Below are positions 30,912 to 38,699 of a stretch of 64,000 nucleotides of DNA, piece after piece (position 1 is the first letter of the stretch; every line of letters begins with the position of its first letter). Below the pieces are notes generated by a model, which had not been told where the DNA came from, searched no databases, and worked only from the letters and a program-made list of their open reading frames with translations. The stretch is taken from the IMG/VR virus record IMGVR_UViG_3300021960_000060, positions 4,070 through 68,069 of that record; one strand, 5' to 3'. The translations under genes and the position numbers were made by a program. The DNA is from a virus.

Positions 30912-30939
30912 CGGTGGGTTTAGAGTCATCACCAGGACT
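30912..30939 (-). ncRNA. Compact H-type pseudoknot in the leader of peptide B
   Basis: AGUC-C-UGGUGA-U-GACU-CUAAAC-CCACCG; S1 covaries with copy 1 (UGAC/GUCA to AGUC/GACU). Confidence 0.65.
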
Positions 30940-30946
30940 ATAGGAT

Positions 30947-31024
30947 CTAGAGTATAATTAAGATCAAAACGATTGAATAGAAACGAGCATAGATTGATGC
31001 CCACTCTTTCTTAGTCTTAACCAT
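30947..31024 (-). CDS. 25-aa putative membrane micropeptide
   Basis: MVKTKKEWASIYARFYSIVLILIIL; start overlaps the stop of the upstream ORF. Confidence 0.45.
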   Translation of the reverse strand: MVKTKKEWASIYARFYSIVLILIIL

Positions 31025-31371
31025 CATGAGAAGATATAACCATTAGTGAATGTTTCGTTCTTGTATACATTCTTTCCATTAATTGCACCAACGAAGAGTC
31101 TTACATACCATTGAAAGTTCTTCTGAAATACTCCTTCTCCTCTCTCACAGAACTCAGAACAGAGTGCATTAAGTCTGGATTTAGTTGTATTAGACTGATA
31201 ACCACCATCATAGATTGTCATCGAATCATCAGAAACTTCTGCAATCTTGTTACCATGAAGACGAACGATTGAGATTCCTGTCTCTTCATTAAAGTGAACT
31301 GTTGTATTAGCATTAGACCAGTTTTGATTTGACTGGATTGCTTGGCACATTTGGGATTCGATTTTACGCAT
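31024..31371 (-). CDS. Conserved cyanophage early hypothetical protein
   Basis: MRKIESQM...LHGNKIA...DGGYQSNTTKSRLNAL...VFQKNFQWY. Confidence 0.8.
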   Translation of the reverse strand: MRKIESQMCQAIQSNQNWSNANTTVHFNEETGISIVRLHGNKIAEVSDDSMTIYDGGYQSNTTKSRLNALCSEFCERGEGVFQKNFQWYVRLFVGAINGKNVYKNETFTNGYIFS

Positions 31372-31413
31372 GAGTTGTGAAGAGTTGATGTTAATGAAGA
31401 GTGTAGTTTTTAC

Positions 31414-31614
31414 TTAACCATGAAATCCTAACTCCTCCCAATCCCATTTTACTCCATTTGGTGAACATTCAGGAAGGTTCATAGATTTACAATAGTTAAC
31501 TGCTGCTTCTTGAGTTGAGAAGATTTTAGCAGCACTATTGCCTCTTAACATAATTGTTTCACGAATGCTGTCAGAGTTAGTGAAGAAAGGGAAAGTGATA
31601 AAAGCAGAAGTCAT
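31414..31614 (-). CDS. Hypothetical early protein
   Basis: Follows repeat-promoter copy 2. Confidence 0.65.
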   Translation of the reverse strand: MTSAFITFPFFTNSDSIRETIMLRGNSAAKIFSTQEAAVNYCKSMNLPECSPNGVKWDWEELGFHG

Positions 31615-31646
31615 AATCGGGGTTGAGTGGTGTCTATACTATAGGT

Positions 31647-31665
31647 ACAGTTTAGAGGTGAGTAA
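31647..31665 (-). promoter_or_regulatory. Repeated promoter-like element, copy 2
   Basis: TTACTCACCTCTAAACTGT. Confidence 0.8.
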
Positions 31666-31687
31666 CTTTATTTTTATCTAATTCGTT

Positions 31688-31813
31688 TTATTGCATTATA
31701 TTTTCAATTGAATCTTTTCTCTCTTCTAATAGTTCAATCATATTACTATCTAATATATCGATCATGAGATTAGCACCAAGAATAGTAAACAATGCAAGAA
31801 AGAAGATTCTCAT
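31688..31813 (-). CDS. 41-aa protein with N-terminal hydrophobic segment
   Basis: MRIFFLALFTILGANLMIDILDSNMIELLEERKDSIENIMQ; ATGA overlap with the upstream ORF. Confidence 0.55.
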   Translation of the reverse strand: MRIFFLALFTILGANLMIDILDSNMIELLEERKDSIENIMQ

Positions 31814-31983
31814 GAGATGACAGGAATAGAGGTGATTGATTTAACCTTACGTGTATCAAGTTCACGTGCTTCATGATAGATCTTACAATTCAGTTTATAT
31901 GAATTGATTGGTTTAATGTTGCTCTTGCGATTAAACTTAGCAACAGATCCATCTTTAAACTTAACCTCAATATTGTATAACAT
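31810..31983 (-). CDS. Hypothetical protein (probable start MLYNIEV)
   Basis: 3' part of track ORF 31810-32073; ATG immediately after the upstream stop. Confidence 0.55.
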   Translation of the reverse strand: MLYNIEVKFKDGSVAKFNRKSNIKPINSYKLNCKIYHEARELDTRKVKSITSIPVIS

Positions 31984-31984
31984 A

Positions 31985-32206
31985 TCAATCAGTACCACCA
32001 AACATTTGATCAAAGAGTGACTGTCCTGATCGTTCATCATTATCCATTCTTTGTGACTCGCGAAGATTAGCAAGAAAGTTGATTTGTGCCTGAATATCTT
32101 CTACTTCGTTCTGTAACTTCTCCTTCCTATAGTTCAAATCCATGATAGACTTGTTGATCTCGATTGTGTTCATTTTGTGAATAGTGAGAGAATTGAGTGT
32201 GTTCAT
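31985..32206 (-). CDS. Coiled-coil hypothetical protein
   Basis: 73-aa ORF ending QSLFDQMFGG. Confidence 0.65.
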   Translation of the reverse strand: MNTLNSLTIHKMNTIEINKSIMDLNYRKEKLQNEVEDIQAQINFLANLRESQRMDNDERSGQSLFDQMFGGTD

Positions 32207-32209
32207 ATC

Positions 32210-32380
32210 TTATTTTGTTGCAGCAAACAGATGAAAGATTTTGCTCTGAATATCATTGGCGATCTCAGATTCAGTATCGCCATAATCAGAAAAATCACTC
32301 ATTGCGCTGCTGATTGCTTCCCATTCTGTTTCAGTAAAGAATTCGGAGATAGAGCGAAGATCAGTGGTTGTTTTGTTCAT
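32210..32380 (-). CDS. 56-aa acidic protein, probably leaderless
   Basis: MNKTTTDLRSISEFFTETEWEAISSAMSDFSDYGDTESEIANDIQSKIFHLFAATK; ATG 6 nt after the -10 of TTGCAA-17-AATAAT. Confidence 0.65.
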   Translation of the reverse strand: MNKTTTDLRSISEFFTETEWEAISSAMSDFSDYGDTESEIANDIQSKIFHLFAATK

Positions 32381-32450
32381 GTGTTAATTATTGCAGATTT
32401 GAGGGTGGATTGCAACCGGTCTTGTGCCGGTTCTCCAACTGGTTTTCTGA

Positions 32451-32717
32451 TCAGAGTTCTTCCATCATTTCGTCAAGTTCAACTAAATTAAGATTAACAT
32501 CATCCCATTTTACTCCATCTAAAGTTGTTGCTCCTTCTTCAAAATTACGGCGAACAAAATCTTGATAAGAATAAGAACGACGTGCTAAGTTATACAAACC
32601 CTCATCATTACCAATCCATAAAGCAACATTCCAAGTCTCATAATTTTCCCAACCGTTGTAAGTTGTGTCTTCCATTGTGGTTTGAAAAGTTGAGTTAGTC
32701 ATGGTTGCTGTGTTCAT
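32451..32717 (-). CDS. Conserved phage hypothetical protein (YNGWxNYETWNVALW family)
   Basis: Motif YNGWENYETWNVALWIGNDEGLY. Confidence 0.8.
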   Translation of the reverse strand: MNTATMTNSTFQTTMEDTTYNGWENYETWNVALWIGNDEGLYNLARRSYSYQDFVRRNFEEGATTLDGVKWDDVNLNLVELDEMMEEL

Positions 32718-32748
32718 TTTGAGTTTGTTTGGTCTCTATACTATGGAT

Positions 32749-32767
32749 ACAGTTTAGAGGTGAGTAA
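32749..32767 (-). promoter_or_regulatory. Repeated promoter-like element, copy 3
   Basis: TTACTCACCTCTAAACTGT. Confidence 0.8.
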
Positions 32768-32784
32768 TATTATTCTTATCTAAT

Positions 32785-32970
32785 TTACATACCATTCATA
32801 TACTCATGTAGTTCCTGAAGATATTGCTCTTCAGTCTCAAATGAACGGCCATGAATCACACCTGGAAACGTTTTCTTTTGAAACATTGTTGATGCGACTT
32901 CGCAGTCTTGTTGATCATAACCCATCTCGACTAGGTTGTTCACGTATGGATTGTTTGAAGGTGTTCTCAT
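32785..32970 (-). CDS. Hypothetical early protein
   Basis: ATG 11 nt after the TAAAGT of repeat copy 4. Confidence 0.7.
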   Translation of the reverse strand: MRTPSNNPYVNNLVEMGYDQQDCEVASTMFQKKTFPGVIHGRSFETEEQYLQELHEYMNGM

Positions 32971-32979
32971 ACTACAGGG

Positions 32980-32998
32980 ACACTTTAGAGGTGAGTAA
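32980..32998 (-). promoter_or_regulatory. Repeated promoter-like element, copy 4
   Basis: TTACTCACCTCTAAAGTGT. Confidence 0.8.
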
Positions 32999-33007
32999 CT
33001 TTATTCT

Positions 33008-33169
33008 TTAAAATACGTTGGTCCATCGTTCATGTTGAATTGCAGTAATACGGCCCTCTGCTAACATTTTATCGCATACATCACAAAAGATGAAGAATTT
33101 CTCATTTCTATTCAATGTATGACTTTGTGCTGTAGTCTTGATTACGTTGAGAAGATTAATCTTGAGCAT
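33008..33169 (-). CDS. Hypothetical protein (probable start MLKINLL)
   Basis: Track ORF 33008-33205 trimmed to the ATG following the CACTAACTAACA motif. Confidence 0.65.
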   Translation of the reverse strand: MLKINLLNVIKTTAQSHTLNRNEKFFIFCDVCDKMLAEGRITAIQHERWTNVF

Positions 33170-33173
33170 GATG

Positions 33174-33353
33174 TTAGTTAGTGACGTAAGTTTGTGCGAT
33201 TGCATCAGTCTTAAACTTTCTGCATAGTTTAAACAGCAGTTTTAAATCATCCTTAATCACATATCGAAACGAAGATGATTCGATGACAAAGTTACCATCT
33301 TCCAACCATACTTGTGGGAGTTGTTTCTTGTAGATTGGGAAATCAGTTGGCAT
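33174..33353 (-). CDS. 59-aa hypothetical protein
   Basis: MPTDFPIYKKQLPQVWLEDGNFVIESSSFRYVIKDDLKLLFKLCRKFKTDAIAQTYVTN; fills the gap between neighbours. Confidence 0.65.
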   Translation of the reverse strand: MPTDFPIYKKQLPQVWLEDGNFVIESSSFRYVIKDDLKLLFKLCRKFKTDAIAQTYVTN

Positions 33354-33356
33354 AAT

Positions 33357-33602
33357 TCAGGAATCGAGGAGAATAACTTCGTAAGATGTAAAGTCGGGAT
33401 AGCACTTTTCTACCCATTTTGATAACTTATTGTTCTGTGATTTGATTCCTCTATGTGTTGTTGGACGTGTGGGCATTGTCTTTAAAAAAGATGTAAATCC
33501 TCCCTCTTCTGTAACTTGAATGGAATAAGTTGCAACCGTAGTTTGCATCTGTGTTTGTGATTGAAGTTCGTGAAGATAAGTCTTAATTAGTGACATAATC
33601 AC
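33357..33602 (-). CDS. Hypothetical protein
   Basis: 81-aa ORF in an early operon. Confidence 0.65.
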   Translation of the reverse strand: MIMSLIKTYLHELQSQTQMQTTVATYSIQVTEEGGFTSFLKTMPTRPTTHRGIKSQNNKLSKWVEKCYPDFTSYEVILLDS

Positions 33603-33853
33603 CAGCGAGTTTGAATCAGTGCAGAGTTAAAGAGTTGTGGTTCTGTGTGCATATCAGTCACCTCATAGTTGTAACCCTCAACACGACTATTAACTTCTTT
33701 CTCAAATGATTCTTTGTTGATGTAGGACTTAGATTGCATTTTGTCGCAAAATGTGACGGTCTTATACATTAGGCGCTCGCTGATAGTTCCATCAGAATAC
33801 TTGACGGGATAGAAGTCAACAACCATGTGAGCGCCGTTTGCTGTGAGTTGCAT
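33599..33853 (-). CDS. Conserved cyanophage hypothetical protein
   Basis: MQLT...MVVDFYP; follows repeat copy 5. Confidence 0.7.
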   Translation of the reverse strand: MQLTANGAHMVVDFYPVKYSDGTISERLMYKTVTFCDKMQSKSYINKESFEKEVNSRVEGYNYEVTDMHTEPQLFNSALIQTRW

Positions 33854-33881
33854 GAAGAGAAGTGATACTTACAATACTATG

Positions 33882-33900
33882 ACAGTTTAGAGGTGAGTAA
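33882..33900 (-). promoter_or_regulatory. Repeated promoter-like element, copy 5
   Basis: TTACTCACCTCTAAACTGT. Confidence 0.8.
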
Positions 33901-33917
33901 TATTATACTCACCATAA

Positions 33918-34274
33918 TTAACGAATATAAAGAAAACTACCGAAACGATCACAGATCTCAGGATATTCTGAGAGTTGATCAATTTGAAATCTAACACCCT
34001 TTGCAGGTGCTTTTAAATTGGCAGGTTTATAACATTCTCCAGTTTTTCGATCAACAAACATCCAAATAGTTCCACCACTATGTGGATTATATTCCCCATT
34101 CTTTCCTGTTACATCACATGCTTTAATTGAAATATATTTACGACCAGGGAAAATGAACAATTTACGCCAAAATGTAGATTCTGATTCAATTGCATCAACA
34201 TACCAACTATTGTTCAATGTTTCTACAAGAGATTCAGTTAAGAATTCTGATCTAGTTTGAGTAAGCATGATCAT
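33918..34274 (-). CDS. Conserved phage protein (FVDxKTGxxYKPAxxKAPAKGVR family)
   Basis: Motifs GRKYI and FVDRKTGECYKPANLKAPAKGVRF. Confidence 0.8.
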   Translation of the reverse strand: MIMLTQTRSEFLTESLVETLNNSWYVDAIESESTFWRKLFIFPGRKYISIKACDVTGKNGEYNPHSGGTIWMFVDRKTGECYKPANLKAPAKGVRFQIDQLSEYPEICDRFGSFLYIR

Positions 34275-34297
34275 TTAAGAATGGAGAGAAAAAATAC

Positions 34298-34438
34298 TTA
34301 AGGCCTTGGGTTGACACCTATCACTTTTGCTTTAGGATTACGTGCTATTGCTGTTTCTCTTGCATCTTCATAATTTGCTGCCTGAACATCTTCAGTGAAG
34401 ACTTTGCCAGCAACATACAACTTGACTTCGTATTTCAT
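34298..34438 (-). CDS. Small conserved cyanophage protein (probable start MKYEVKLY)
   Basis: VKLYVAGKVFTEDVQAANYEDARETAIARNPKAKVIGVN. Confidence 0.75.
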   Translation of the reverse strand: MKYEVKLYVAGKVFTEDVQAANYEDARETAIARNPKAKVIGVNPRP

Positions 34439-34466
34439 GATGTTAGATAGTGAGGTGAATGTTGGA

Positions 34467-34658
34467 TCAGAAAGGGTTAGACCATGACTCATATTTTTTC
34501 ATGGTGATGTAACCCTCACGGCAAAGTTCATCAGTAAAGTATGACCATTCTTCGCGCTTTGCAATAGAATCACCACGAAGGCGAGGATTCTCCAGCGTTG
34601 AGACTTTCCAATTGTAACGGAATTGCTCTAGTGCTTGTGCTTTAGTGATGGTTCGCAT
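34467..34658 (-). CDS. Hypothetical early protein
   Basis: 63 aa; downstream of the palindrome-associated promoter at 34683-34739. Confidence 0.7.
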   Translation of the reverse strand: MRTITKAQALEQFRYNWKVSTLENPRLRGDSIAKREEWSYFTDELCREGYITMKKYESWSNPF

Positions 34659-34735
34659 CGGTTGAATTCCTTTAACTCTTTAATAATACACGATTTTGAT
34701 GCCCTGTGGGAGAATGGTGGACACCTTACCAACTG

Positions 34736-34948
34736 TCACCCATGGTTCTCCATAAACTCATCGAGAGTATAATATTCTCCGGTTGATGTTTCTTTAATTA
34801 AATCTTCCAATGAATAACATTCTAACTTCAATTGATATTCTTCTACTGTATCATCTACTTCGGGGTCAAAGTCATCATGAATTAGATAATCATATTCATG
34901 AATCAGTGCATCGATTAATTGTTGTTTAGTGTACTTTTTATCAGACAT
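34736..34948 (-). CDS. Acidic hypothetical protein (probable start MSDKKYT)
   Basis: 3' part of track ORF 34736-35083; GGAG RBS before MSDKK. Confidence 0.65.
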   Translation of the reverse strand: MSDKKYTKQQLIDALIHEYDYLIHDDFDPEVDDTVEEYQLKLECYSLEDLIKETSTGEYYTLDEFMENHG

Positions 34949-35828
34949 TTGCGAATCTCCCATTGTTGAAGTTTGCATGTGAGAATTGTTCACGATTGAC
35001 GAGTTTGAACATACCAAACTCATTGGTCTTGACATAACCCTCGCCACCACATTGTTGCTCACCAATGTATGCACTAGGTCCATTATTACGCATCAAAAAC
35101 AACATGTCATCTTTGATAGACTTGATCAAGAACCAGTAACTAATGAGAAGAGAGTTGCTGAATGTTTCAGGTGAAACTTCACGACCTTCACGAATACAAG
35201 CATTCAATTCTTTCTTGAGATTGTTTGCATCGAGTTCATCAGTAAATGTTACTAACTGGGCCATCTGTCGCGCAAAACCAACAATCTCATCAAAATCTTC
35301 ATCGACTTGCCAACACTCAGGTTGAACAAACTTACAAGACTCAGTATCATCGAATGTTGGAAAAACATCGCCATCACTTACAACAAATGCATCCTTAAGT
35401 TCACCTGTGTTTGTTGCATAGAATGTATGTGGTGCAATGATGATATTCTGATGAATGATTTCATCGAAAACATACGTTATCGTGTTAGGTGTATAAGTAT
35501 CATCGCCACCAAAACCAATAAAATCGCATTGTATAATACCGGAGAAAGAAGGGAGGCAATCAAAACAATGATGCAGAATTTCAGCAACTGCCCCAGTGTG
35601 ATTTTGCTCAATTTCTTGATGACTTTCATTGATTTTGATTTTAACTTTGTTGAATACTGATTTTGTTCCCACAAAGAAGTTACCTGTTGCAGGATTCGTA
35701 CCCCAAACGATTGCAGGCGCACCATCAATTTTTGCAGAGATTTGACCATTGGAAAGGAACCAATCAAGGATAGAAAGATCACCAGTCAGAATTGAATCTT
35801 CGGGATGTTCAAGGTGTGTGTTCTTCAT
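34941..35828 (-). CDS. DUF6267-like protein with ligase/nucleotidyltransferase-type motifs
   Basis: MKNTHLEHPED, KIDGAP (KxDG), GEGYV, FKLVNR. Confidence 0.75.
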   Translation of the reverse strand: MKNTHLEHPEDSILTGDLSILDWFLSNGQISAKIDGAPAIVWGTNPATGNFFVGTKSVFNKVKIKINESHQEIEQNHTGAVAEILHHCFDCLPSFSGIIQCDFIGFGGDDTYTPNTITYVFDEIIHQNIIIAPHTFYATNTGELKDAFVVSDGDVFPTFDDTESCKFVQPECWQVDEDFDEIVGFARQMAQLVTFTDELDANNLKKELNACIREGREVSPETFSNSLLISYWFLIKSIKDDMLFLMRNNGPSAYIGEQQCGGEGYVKTNEFGMFKLVNREQFSHANFNNGRFANV

Positions 35829-35837
35829 ACCATTAAG

Positions 35838-35856
35838 ACAGTTTAGAGGTGAGTAA
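35838..35856 (-). promoter_or_regulatory. Repeated promoter-like element, copy 6
   Basis: TTACTCACCTCTAAACTGT; ATG 11 nt after TAAACT. Confidence 0.8.
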
Positions 35857-35861
35857 CAATA

Positions 35862-36101
35862 TTAGATTGGAAGTTTGCCAACTGATTTACCTTTACTGTG
35901 CTTTTCAATAAATTTTAATGCAGATGCACGATTACGACAAACTTTAAGAATTTTTGCTTGATGAATAATTGCCAATTTTGTACTGCTTCCAGCAACAGGA
36001 ACAGCAGCATACATCTTAGGATCTTCATATTTACCTATAATAAATCCCATCTCTCCACATTTGGGATTTAGAATTGTGCTATTGTTTGATACAACTTTCA
36101 T
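35862..36101 (-). CDS. Hypothetical protein
   Basis: 79 aa; ATGA overlap with the helicase stop. Confidence 0.7.
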   Translation of the reverse strand: MKVVSNNSTILNPKCGEMGFIIGKYEDPKMYAAVPVAGSSTKLAIIHQAKILKVCRNRASALKFIEKHSKGKSVGKLPI

Positions 36102-37348
36102 CGACGGATCTCACTGATTGCTGGCATACCCTGATTAAACACAACATCAACAACTGCCTGAACTTTCTTGGCAGTACTGATACCAACTCTATCATAAGTT
36201 GGGATGCAAACTAAACCAAATGTCTTCTCACTTCCACCCAAACGAATCACACGACCAATCGACTGACTGATACCAATGTAATCCATATTACGCATGAAGA
36301 TAACAGCCTCAAGTCCATTGACGTTGATACCCTCAGACAGAATGCTATGGTGAAGGACAACAAATTTCTTGGTCTTGTCCTTTCCCCAAGTGTTCAAAGT
36401 GTCAAAGAATACGTCACGATTGACTTTCTTACCATCAATGATTGCACCTGTCTTCGATGTGATCGTCATCCAAGAATAACCACGTTCAGCAAGTTGCAAG
36501 CAGAAATCTGAATGAGTAAGAAGATTGATGATTTGCTTTGTTGTACGAGCACAGATCAAAACTTTTTTAAGATTACTAGATCCATCAATCAAACCATCAA
36601 TTACATCTACACTTTTACAATTGTCAAGAGTTTCAATCAAGTTGTCACAATCATCAGCAAACATTACCTTGCGACCTTTAACCATAGGCAATTGCTTGAC
36701 TACAACTTTAGGAGGGAGAATGTAACCCTGTTTAACCAACTCAGGAGCAGGAACATTACATAGAACCTGTCCATAAACATTTGTCCAGTTCATTCCTGGT
36801 TTGTTAATAGCAAGCGAATGTTTGGGGGTTGCAGTAAAGAAGTAACAACGCTCTGAGACATCGCTAAAATGCTCTGTAGCAGGGAAGAAGTTACGTTGGA
36901 CGCTATTATGTGCCTCATCGAAGTATATGTTGTTCACCTCAATATCTGACTCCATTACACGATGGAGTGAATGATATGTAGTAAAGATGATAACATTCTC
37001 ACCTGCTGTACGTGCAACATTAGCAAACACATGAATGTTATCTGCTTTTGTTGTAGAATAGTGGTCTGTTTCACCACTATGAACGTGCATGATGTGAGTA
37101 TTGGTTGTATCAATCAACTCAAGAAATTCACTGCACAGTTGTTCAGCTAGTAAAATACGTGGAGCAACAACAACTGTCGTCATTCCGTTGGTGATGTGCT
37201 TACAATTCTCAGCAACATCCTGAATCATACAGATAGTTTTGCCACCACCTGTAGGTACAATGATTTGACCCTTATCATAGGTGAGCATACTGTTAAGAAT
37301 GCGTTTCTGATGCGGACGAAGAGTCAGAGTCATTCGTGTTTCATTCAT
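36098..37348 (-). CDS. SF2 DEAD/DEAH-like helicase (ResIII-like)
   Basis: LRPHQ, PTGGGKT, FDEAH, TATP, LSEGIN, QSIGRVIR. Start moved to the ATG at the predicted TSS. Confidence 0.9.
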   Translation of the reverse strand: MNETRMTLTLRPHQKRILNSMLTYDKGQIIVPTGGGKTICMIQDVAENCKHITNGMTTVVVAPRILLAEQLCSEFLELIDTTNTHIMHVHSGETDHYSTTKADNIHVFANVARTAGENVIIFTTYHSLHRVMESDIEVNNIYFDEAHNSVQRNFFPATEHFSDVSERCYFFTATPKHSLAINKPGMNWTNVYGQVLCNVPAPELVKQGYILPPKVVVKQLPMVKGRKVMFADDCDNLIETLDNCKSVDVIDGLIDGSSNLKKVLICARTTKQIINLLTHSDFCLQLAERGYSWMTITSKTGAIIDGKKVNRDVFFDTLNTWGKDKTKKFVVLHHSILSEGINVNGLEAVIFMRNMDYIGISQSIGRVIRLGGSEKTFGLVCIPTYDRVGISTAKKVQAVVDVVFNQGMPAISEIRR

Positions 37349-37354
37349 ATAAGT

Positions 37355-37413
37355 ACAATACACAAAAAAACCACCCCTGTCAAGCAGAGGTGGACAGTTT
37401 AGGTTACTGGCAC
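37355..37413 (-). promoter_or_regulatory. Early promoter fused with a terminator stem-loop and an upstream palindrome
   Basis: GTGCCAGT-n-AACTGTCCAC, then hairpin CCACCTCTG-CTTGA-CAGGGGTGG-T7 overlapping TTGACA-17-TATTGT. Confidence 0.8.
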
Positions 37414-37414
37414 A

Positions 37415-38560
37415 TCAGGGAGTGACTTTGACTCCAACTTCTTTCAAAATTTCAGGGAAAATTTGCATCTTCATCTCGTTGTTTTTGGCACCAAGTCCAC
37501 CACATGCCCACACATAGTTGTTACCATCATCATTGATCAATGAAGAGTCTTTGTATACCTCTTCATGTGCAATTACAGCAGCACAGGCCTCTTCATATGT
37601 TTCAACTCCGTTGATCATCATCCAGAAAAGATTCATGGCAGTGCTACCACGAGACAGGACTTTTACCTTGTCGGTCTTATCACCGAAAGTAAAATCATCA
37701 TCGGCAATCATTGTAGTAATGTAATCAGAGAGTTCGATGAAAGTTTCAAAGAAAAATTGTTGATCAATATCAGTGATGTCACTCTTGTAGAGTCGGTTCA
37801 TTGAACCTTGACCAACACCTTTAATGTTGTTAGCAGCACAATTGATTGCAAAATCCAGAGATTGAACAATCCACTCATCACCTTTCAGTCGAAACTTATA
37901 GTTAGGTCCGAATATTGTGATCAGGAGTGATGCAATCTCCTTGCGAATTTGGCGAGTCCAACCAGCCCACTGTGTGTCCATAGCATTACGCTTCTCCTGA
38001 TTATTCAAGGGAACGCCGCTATTCACATTAGTAAAAACGTCAGACAGACCAGTGTAATCAATCTGAACATATTCGCTGATAATCAACTGGCGGTCGCGAA
38101 TCACCTTCTGCACAAGTTTAGGCAGTTTGGAGAATACGTTGTTGTGTGATCCAACAACAAGAGTCAGAATGTCATCTTCGATGACATAATTGTAAGTTCC
38201 TCGGGGGATCTGATACTCATCATTCATCAATGCAGTGAGGAACTTAAAGCGATTATTTCCATCAAGAATAATATACTCAATGAACTGATGAGAAAGTTCT
38301 ACCAAGAACTTATATGCACGGTCAGTAGGTGCAAGTTTCTCTAGTTTCTTGATAGCGAGTTCAACATCTACGACGACAAAGTTTCCTTCCAGTCGATTCA
38401 TCATGAGAGACTGAAAATAGTTTTTGCGTTCATCTTTTCCCCATGCTTCGGGGCGTTGAAACTCTTCGGGTGCGTGAAAATACTGATAGTTTACAACCGT
38501 GTCTTTCAATGAGCGCACTTTAGGCTCATGCTTGACAGGGAAAACGTGAGAATAAGACAT
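37415..38560 (-). CDS. DUF262 (ParB/GmrS-like NTPase) domain protein
   Basis: FQRPEAW...YFQSL, ILDGNNRF, VFTNVNSGVPLNNQEKRNA; probable start MSYSH at 38560. Confidence 0.7.
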   Translation of the reverse strand: MSYSHVFPVKHEPKVRSLKDTVVNYQYFHAPEEFQRPEAWGKDERKNYFQSLMMNRLEGNFVVVDVELAIKKLEKLAPTDRAYKFLVELSHQFIEYIILDGNNRFKFLTALMNDEYQIPRGTYNYVIEDDILTLVVGSHNNVFSKLPKLVQKVIRDRQLIISEYVQIDYTGLSDVFTNVNSGVPLNNQEKRNAMDTQWAGWTRQIRKEIASLLITIFGPNYKFRLKGDEWIVQSLDFAINCAANNIKGVGQGSMNRLYKSDITDIDQQFFFETFIELSDYITTMIADDDFTFGDKTDKVKVLSRGSTAMNLFWMMINGVETYEEACAAVIAHEEVYKDSSLINDDGNNYVWACGGLGAKNNEMKMQIFPEILKEVGVKVTP

Positions 38561-38654
38561 TAATTTTTTTGTAAGTGATTTAATATACAGGCAGTGATAA
38601 CACTTGATCAACACAAATCCTGAGATTTGAGCATTGCTTTACCGGTATGAGATC

Positions 38655-38683
38655 AGTTTAACAACTTTTTAAGTGGTTGTCAA
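38655..38683 (-). promoter_or_regulatory. sigma70 promoter, predicted TSS about 38648
   Basis: TTGACA-17 nt-TAAACT. Confidence 0.75.
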
Positions 38684-38699
38684 TCACTTGTTACAAAAA

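Noticed and set aside
30912-30949. Stop-codon readthrough pseudoknot (UAG + 7 nt + pseudoknot)
   Set aside because: An in-frame TAG follows after two codons, and copy 1 has a different spacing from its upstream stop.
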